This document shows positions 58,761 through 64,000 of a stretch of 64,000 nt of DNA, one piece after another. A program made the position numbers and the translations under genes. The notes under the pieces were generated by a model. It was not told where the DNA came from. It ran no database searches and saw only the letters and a program-made list of their open reading frames with translations. This stretch comes from Planctomycetota bacterium (GTDB lineage: Bacteria; Planctomycetota; MHYJ01; JACQXL01; JACQZI01), in NCBI GenBank assembly GCA_016207825.1, contig JACQZI010000005.1:1122-65121 (forward strand), in the 5' to 3' direction. Numbering within the stretch: the stretch's first letter is position 1; the number at the start of each line of letters is the position of its first letter.

Positions 58761-59033
58761 TATAATGGAGGGGTACCTTACTATGATGCCATATTTAGCT
58801 TAATTATAATAGATAGCTACCTTACTATGTTGCCATACTTAGCTCTATTATAATGGATAGACACCTTACTATGATACCACGCCTATTTTAATTATAGTGG
58901 AATGGGGCCTTACTTTGATGCCATACTTATTTTAATTATAATGGATGGCTACCTTACTATATTGCCACACTTAGCTTAATTATAATGGATAGGTACCTTA
59001 CTGTGATGCCATACTTGCAATATTTATAATGAA
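58761..59033. repeat. 44-bp degenerate tandem array, about 6 copies
   Basis: TATA(A/G)T at 58761, 58805, 58849, 58893, 58937, 58981 and 59025; conserved CCTTACT core. Confidence 0.92.
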
Positions 59034-59161
59034 GGGAGAGTTAGGTAGGAGGGGGGTAGGGGTATGGGGGTAGGCTGAAACACGCTTATATTGAGATGCA
59101 AACGCATATATTCGTTTTCAGGAAAATTGGGGATGAGGCGTATTACCGCAAAAGAAGCCAA

Positions 59162-59221
59162 GGCGAAATCGCCCAGCTAACCATAGACATCTTCCTGAAC
59201 GGGTTGAGGCCGAGGAAATAG
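59162..59221 (+). pseudogene. Possible C-terminal remnant of a TetR-family regulator
   Basis: GEIAQLTIDIFLNGLRPRK* resembles a TetR C-terminal helix; no upstream ORF. Confidence 0.35.
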
Positions 59222-59230
59222 CTTTTACTA

Positions 59231-59470
59231 TCAGAAAACTACCCACATCACGCCGAGGCATATTACAAACCATATTAAGATAGCATGCTTAAAATATTTC
59301 CTTGGGGACCGATCCTGTTTATATAAAAGACGTTTAGTCGGGTCATTACTCCCCCATCTCCACATCCAATCAGGAAGAGCCCTTTCCTTTTTCATATCGA
59401 TAAAACAAACAGCTATCCCTATCAGAAAGATAAATCCGGTAACTATTAATTTGATTTCTATAGGCATCAT
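59231..59470 (-). CDS. Small two-TM hypothetical protein
   Basis: 79 aa ORF with two hydrophobic segments, downstream of the MBL gene. Confidence 0.5.
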   Translation of the reverse strand: MMPIEIKLIVTGFIFLIGIAVCFIDMKKERALPDWMWRWGSNDPTKRLLYKQDRSPRKYFKHAILIWFVICLGVMWVVF

Positions 59471-59507
59471 ATCAATTATTTCAGGGACAATTCAGAGGAC
59501 GTTTTGT

Positions 59508-60347
59508 TTACAGACCCAGTTCCATCCCCTCAGCCGTGGCGAAGCAGTCCAATGATGATTTCTTGTTTTTGATGATACGACGGCAATCCGAGACAAAGCC
59601 GTCAATCGCTTCGTCTTCCCTTTCCTGGTTATGGTGGAATAAGCCGAACTTTTTCACCTTAGCTTCCAACGCCAGCCGTAAAGCGTCCGTATAAACGCTA
59701 TGCCCCCAGGTCTTGGTCCGGGCGTATTCCTCTGCCGTGAATTCGGCATCGTGGATAAGCAAATCCACACCCGCACACGCCTTGACGTAATCCGCGTATT
59801 CTAATCCCCCCGGATGCTTATATGTAAGCTCGTTATCCGTTATGAAGATAAAGCTTTTCCCATCTTCGGTAAACTTATAACCCATGCCCTGGTCAGGATG
59901 GCTCAATAAAATCGGTGAAACAGAGATAGAATCAATCTTAAATGTTTCAGTACAAATGCCGTGATAGGTAATATCCGCCTTGACTTCGCTGTAATTCACC
60001 GGGAAGTTCGGATGCACCATGGTGCCGGAAATTATATTCTTGACGGAATCCTGGGCAAATGGGCAGCCGAACATATCTATTTTAGTCTGCTTCATGTGAA
60101 TGGGCTTAAAGAAAGGGAATCCGAGGATATGGTCCCAGTGCGCGTGGGTGAAGACCAGCGAATATTCAAACCGCTTTTCGCTAATAAGTTTGTTGCCGAG
60201 CTTCCGGATGCCCGAACCGGCGTCAACAATGATTATGTAATCGTTTTTCGTCCGTATTTCCAGGCAGGTGGTGCTCCCGCCGTATTTCAGGTATTCTTTG
60301 CCCGAAACCGGAATCGAGCCGCGGCTTCCCCAACAGCGAATTAACAT
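59508..60347 (-). CDS. MBL-fold metallo-hydrolase (RNase BN/Z-like)
   Basis: WGSRGSIP, DAGSG, THAHWDH, TDNE, WGHS motifs. Confidence 0.92.
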   Translation of the reverse strand: MLIRCWGSRGSIPVSGKEYLKYGGSTTCLEIRTKNDYIIIVDAGSGIRKLGNKLISEKRFEYSLVFTHAHWDHILGFPFFKPIHMKQTKIDMFGCPFAQDSVKNIISGTMVHPNFPVNYSEVKADITYHGICTETFKIDSISVSPILLSHPDQGMGYKFTEDGKSFIFITDNELTYKHPGGLEYADYVKACAGVDLLIHDAEFTAEEYARTKTWGHSVYTDALRLALEAKVKKFGLFHHNQEREDEAIDGFVSDCRRIIKNKKSSLDCFATAEGMELGL

Positions 60348-60518
60348 TTAAGCGAGTATAATAAAAATATTGGCGTATTTCAAATAAATGCGGTTATTAT
60401 TGGCGAGCGCTGTCCTCGTCCTTATAATAGATGTATGGGATTAAAGGCGGGCACTGTCTCGCACTTCTATTATAAATATTAGATTAGTAGCGAGCGTGCC
60501 TGACTTACCGATTAAGAT

Positions 60519-61085
60519 TTATGTCAGTCTGGCATACTGCTTCACGCCGATTTCGTAGAGGTCGTTGCCTTTGGTATCGTTGATGACGATAAGCGGGAAA
60601 TCTTCCACTTCGAGCCTGCGGACTGCTTCCGGTCCCAAATCATCGTAGGCGATGAGGTCGGCTTTCTTGATATGCTGGCTTAAAAGAGCGGCCGCGCCGC
60701 CGACCGCCGCGAAGTATATTGCCTTGTATTTCTTAATCGCCTCTATCACTTCAGGAGAGCGCTTGCCTTTACCTATCATGCCTTTCAATCCGTCCTCCAT
60801 AAGGAGCGGGGAATAGGCGTCCATCCGGTAGGAAGTGGTCGGGCCGGCCGAGCCGATAACCTGTCCTGGCTTGGCGGGAGTGGGACCGACGTAGTATACA
60901 ACGCTTCCTTTCAGGTCGAAAGGCAGTTTCGGGACGCGCTTTTCCTTGCCGGCGAGGATGATTTCGTCGTAGATGCGCTTGTGGGCGGCATCGCGCGAGG
61001 TATAGATTACGCCGGAAAGGGTGATTTTATCTCCGGCGGATAAGCTATTAACCACGGCATCGGTAAGCGGTGTGGTTATTTTCAT
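60519..61085 (-). CDS. Class I fumarate hydratase / tartrate dehydratase beta subunit
   Basis: RDAAHKR, GPTTSYRMD, MIGKG, DLGPEA motifs. Confidence 0.93.
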   Translation of the reverse strand: MKITTPLTDAVVNSLSAGDKITLSGVIYTSRDAAHKRIYDEIILAGKEKRVPKLPFDLKGSVVYYVGPTPAKPGQVIGSAGPTTSYRMDAYSPLLMEDGLKGMIGKGKRSPEVIEAIKKYKAIYFAAVGGAAALLSQHIKKADLIAYDDLGPEAVRRLEVEDFPLIVINDTKGNDLYEIGVKQYARLT

Positions 61086-61356
61086 ATATCAATATGGATT
61101 TTACTCCCCCGCTGATTTGCCGTCAAGAAAAATATATTGCCATCCCCTACCTGAAGGTTGGGATTCCCTATTAATCGGGTATCCCCGAAACATAGTGGAG
61201 CGGGACAAAGGCACTAAGGCACAAAAAAAAGAATCTAATTCTTAATTATATTTTTAGTGTCTTGGTGTCTTAGTGGCAAGAATTCTATAAGAAAAATAAA
61301 TTGACATACGCAAATAAACAATATATTCTATCACTTTAATTGATGCAAATTAGAAT

Positions 61357-61432
61357 GGGGGTGTAGCTCAGCTGGGAGAGCGTGTGAATGGCATTCACAA
61401 GGCCAGGGGTTCAATTCCCCTCACCTCCACCA
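61357..61432 (+). tRNA. tRNA-Ala (GGC)
   Basis: Cloverleaf GGGGGTG...CACCTCC-A-CCA; G3:U70 pair; anticodon loop ATGGCAT; GGTTCAATT T-loop. Confidence 0.97.
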
Positions 61433-61508
61433 AATACTGTTAAAGGTTACAGGTTACGAGTTATAAGTTAATTCAACCTGCAACTTAAAACCTATAACTT
61501 GTAACGCC

Positions 61509-62879
61509 ATGTTAATAGACACACACGCCCATCTTGATTTTCCGGACTTCGATAAAGACCGCGATGACGTCATCCAGCACGCCAAGGAAGCCAATATCGG
61601 CTATATTATAAATATCGGAACCTCCATCGAATCCAGCCGTAAGGTAATAGCGCTTGCCGAACAATACGAAAACCTTTACGCGGCGGTGGGAATCCATCCG
61701 CACGAGGCACAAACCGTTAAAGAGGCTGATTATATCGAACTGGAAAAATTAGCCGCCAATCCCAAAGTGGTTGCCATAGGCGAAATCGGGCTCGATTTCT
61801 ACAAGGATAAAAGCCCACGCGATAAGCAGAAAGAGATTTTTACAAGGCAACTCCGAATTGCTAAGAAGGTTGCCAAACCCGTGGTCATCCATTCGAGGGA
61901 AGCTCACAATGAGACTTTAGAAATAATCAGAGCCGAGTTGGGGGAAAAGGCCAAAGGCGTAGCGCACTGCTTTTCCGGCTCCACGGAAACGGCAAGGGAA
62001 TTCCTTGATTTAGGATTTTACATCTCGATTGCCGGGCCGGTGACATACCCGAACGCGGAGAAACTGCGCGCCGTGACCAAGACCATACCGGTCGAAAAGC
62101 TGCTTCTGGAAACGGATTGCCCGTTCCTCGCCCCGCAGTCCAGGCGCGGATTGCGCAACGAACCGGCTTATATCGTCCACGCCCTTGAGGAATTCTCCAG
62201 AATCTACGGACTCTCCAAGGACGATATCGGGAGAATCACCACCCTTAACGCCATGGAATTATTCAAGCTCGCACCTTTGAGCGAAAAGAGCAAGATTGCT
62301 TATAATATCAGGAACTCGCTTTACCTTAATATTACCAACCGGTGCACCTCCAGCTGTATCTTCTGCGTGACCAAATTCACCAACTATGTAAAGGGACATA
62401 ATTTGCGGCTGGAAACGGAGCCAAGCGTAAAGGAAATAATCGACGCCATCGGCGATTCATCCAAATACAAGGAAGTGGTCTTCTGCGGATATGGCGAACC
62501 GACCATGCGGCTTGATGTGATAAAAGAAATCGCCAAGTACCTTAAGAAGAAAAACACCTATATACGCCTGAATACCAATGGGCACGGCAACCTGATTAAT
62601 AACCGCTCGATTGGGTCGGAGCTAAAAGGTCTGATTGACGCCATGTCCATAAGCCTCAATGCGGTTACTCCGGAGCAGTATGTAAAAATCTGCCATCCCA
62701 AATTCGGTGCGGAAACTTTCTATAAGGTGCTGGAATTCATCAGGGAAGCCAAGCAATACATCCCAAGGATTGAAGTCACCTGCGTATCCCACCCGGATGT
62801 GGATGTCCAGAAATGCCGCCAGATTGCCGGAGAGCTGGGAGTGGATTTCCGCGGAAGGATTTATAACGAAGTCGGATAG
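61509..62879 (+). CDS. tatD: TatD-family nuclease fused to a TatD-associated radical SAM domain
   Basis: DTHAH, GIHPH, GEIGLD, ETDCP; YLNITNRCTSSCIFC (CxxxCxxC), FCGYGEP. Confidence 0.92.
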   Translation: MLIDTHAHLDFPDFDKDRDDVIQHAKEANIGYIINIGTSIESSRKVIALAEQYENLYAAVGIHPHEAQTVKEADYIELEKLAANPKVVAIGEIGLDFYKDKSPRDKQKEIFTRQLRIAKKVAKPVVIHSREAHNETLEIIRAELGEKAKGVAHCFSGSTETAREFLDLGFYISIAGPVTYPNAEKLRAVTKTIPVEKLLLETDCPFLAPQSRRGLRNEPAYIVHALEEFSRIYGLSKDDIGRITTLNAMELFKLAPLSEKSKIAYNIRNSLYLNITNRCTSSCIFCVTKFTNYVKGHNLRLETEPSVKEIIDAIGDSSKYKEVVFCGYGEPTMRLDVIKEIAKYLKKKNTYIRLNTNGHGNLINNRSIGSELKGLIDAMSISLNAVTPEQYVKICHPKFGAETFYKVLEFIREAKQYIPRIEVTCVSHPDVDVQKCRQIAGELGVDFRGRIYNEVG

Positions 62880-63075
62880 AAGATAGTTGTCAGCATATAG
62901 TTATTAGTCTCAATTCTTTTATACCCTGTTTTTAATTGACCCTCTGCTTTAATTTATGCATTATTAAGTGTAATCTGTACACGGATTAAGCAGATTTTAC
63001 GGATTATTTCTTTTCCCTTAAGAGATAAAACCCATCTGCTTAATCCGCTAAATCGGTGTACTAAATTTACAGTCA

Positions 63076-63645
63076 ATGGCTGGAGATGCACACATAGAAC
63101 TGATGATGCGCGTGAAGAACGGCGACAAATCCGCCTTCGAAGAGTTGTATCATCTATACAGCCAGCCTTTGGGCAATTTCTTCTACCGGATGAGTGGAAG
63201 CAAATCCATTGCCGAGGATTGCTTGCAGGAAGTCTTCTACAGGATATGGCTCTACCGGGAAAATTACCAGCCACAGGCCAAGGTCATAACCTACCTCTTC
63301 CACATAGCCAAAAACTACTGGATTAACGAGGGCAAAAAGCTCAGGCGCGTCATCCCTTTCACCACATTTGCGGGAAGCAGGGATGAAAACTCCGCGCCGG
63401 ATTTCCCCGGAGACAAGACAGCGCCGGATGAGGAGGCAATGTCCAACGAAGTAAAAGATTCCATAAAGGAGGCGCTCAGGAAGCTCTCCGAAAAAGAGCG
63501 GATAGTCGTGGTGATGAGCATGTACCAGAAACTCCCATATTCCGAAATCGCGGAAATACTCGGCATCGCCGAGATAACGGTGAAAACCCGCATGACCAAG
63601 GCTCTGGAGAGATTGAAGAAACCACTCGGCAAATATTTACAATAA
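63076..63645 (+). CDS. ECF RNA polymerase sigma factor
   Basis: GDKSAFEELY, AEDCLQEVF, YSEIAEILGI...TVKTR. Confidence 0.93.
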   Translation: MAGDAHIELMMRVKNGDKSAFEELYHLYSQPLGNFFYRMSGSKSIAEDCLQEVFYRIWLYRENYQPQAKVITYLFHIAKNYWINEGKKLRRVIPFTTFAGSRDENSAPDFPGDKTAPDEEAMSNEVKDSIKEALRKLSEKERIVVVMSMYQKLPYSEIAEILGIAEITVKTRMTKALERLKKPLGKYLQ

Positions 63646-63689
63646 TATATTTGATTCTGTCAGATAATTCCGATATATATAAATAACTT

Positions 63690-64000
63690 ATGAAATGGTC
63701 ACAGGCGTTTATTCCAACCCTTAAAGAAGACCCCTCGGATGCGGAAACCATAAGCCACAAGCTGATGGTCCGCGCGGGGCTCGTCCGTAAGCTGGCCGCT
63801 GGGACATACACCTACCTGCCTTTAGGGCAGAAGGTTTTAAACAAGGTCATAAATATTGTCCGCGAGGAAATAGACCGGGCAGGCGCGCAGGAGCTCCTTA
63901 TGCCGGCGATTCATCCCGTTGAACTCTGGGAGAAAACAGGACGACTGGCGCTTTTCGGCGATATCATCTATAAGGTAAAAGACCGGACGGATAAGATAAG
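63690..64000 (+). CDS. proS: Prolyl-tRNA synthetase (5' part, runs off the window)
   Basis: [46 protein letters not shown]. Confidence 0.95.
   Translation, partial: MKWSQAFIPTLKEDPSDAETISHKLMVRAGLVRKLAAGTYTYLPLGQKVLNKVINIVREEIDRAGAQELLMPAIHPVELWEKTGRLALFGDIIYKVKDRTDKI

Noticed and set aside
58515..58853. 112 aa ORF upstream of rpsO
   Set aside because: Made of palindromic elements and the 44-bp array; no RBS and no protein-like features
58761..59033. CRISPR or TIGR-like guide array
   Set aside because: The variable segments are similar between units rather than unique spacers, and there is no cas or Nop-domain gene in the window
61200..61510. ncRNA in the short octamer/heptamer inverted runs flanking tRNA-Ala (also 62975-63062, 39793-39863)
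   Set aside because: They look like the dispersed short-repeat hairpins seen throughout this window; no specific RNA family features

Overview
Bacterial chromosomal window. The lineage cannot be determined, but HEAT-capped TolB proteins, abundant in-frame palindromes and heptamer repeats suggest an uncultured PVC-like organism. Housekeeping genes lie near the ends: hflX, an amidase, a ferredoxin and an O-antigen ligase on the left; dinB in the middle; pnp, rpsO, tRNA-Ala(GGC), a tatD-radical SAM fusion, an ECF sigma factor and proS on the right. Most of the rest is one repeated, apparently uncharacterised module present three times: a TPR-containing sigma54 activator (GAFTGA), its own enhancer palindrome, a -24/-12 promoter and a ~70-80 aa BamE/SmpA-like ORF, followed by secreted proteins. 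Seven of these proteins share a ~140 aa C-terminal domain ending SSYLEFENA(T/M)x(I/V)GVP but carry swapped passengers (RCC1 propeller, Gly-rich bundles, LamG/DUF2341, DUF4082-like). A fourth sigma54 promoter drives a DOMON/beta-barrel cluster beside an MsrQ-like protein. Other highlights: 21-bp heptad-coding arrays after three family genes, two large FN3 proteins each paired with a HEAT-like partner, a MerR operon whose MerC-like gene has an in-frame TGA at a Cys-motif position (probable selenoprotein), a 44-bp tandem array, a MITE and an IS110 relic. All domain names come from recognising motifs by eye, not from database searches.
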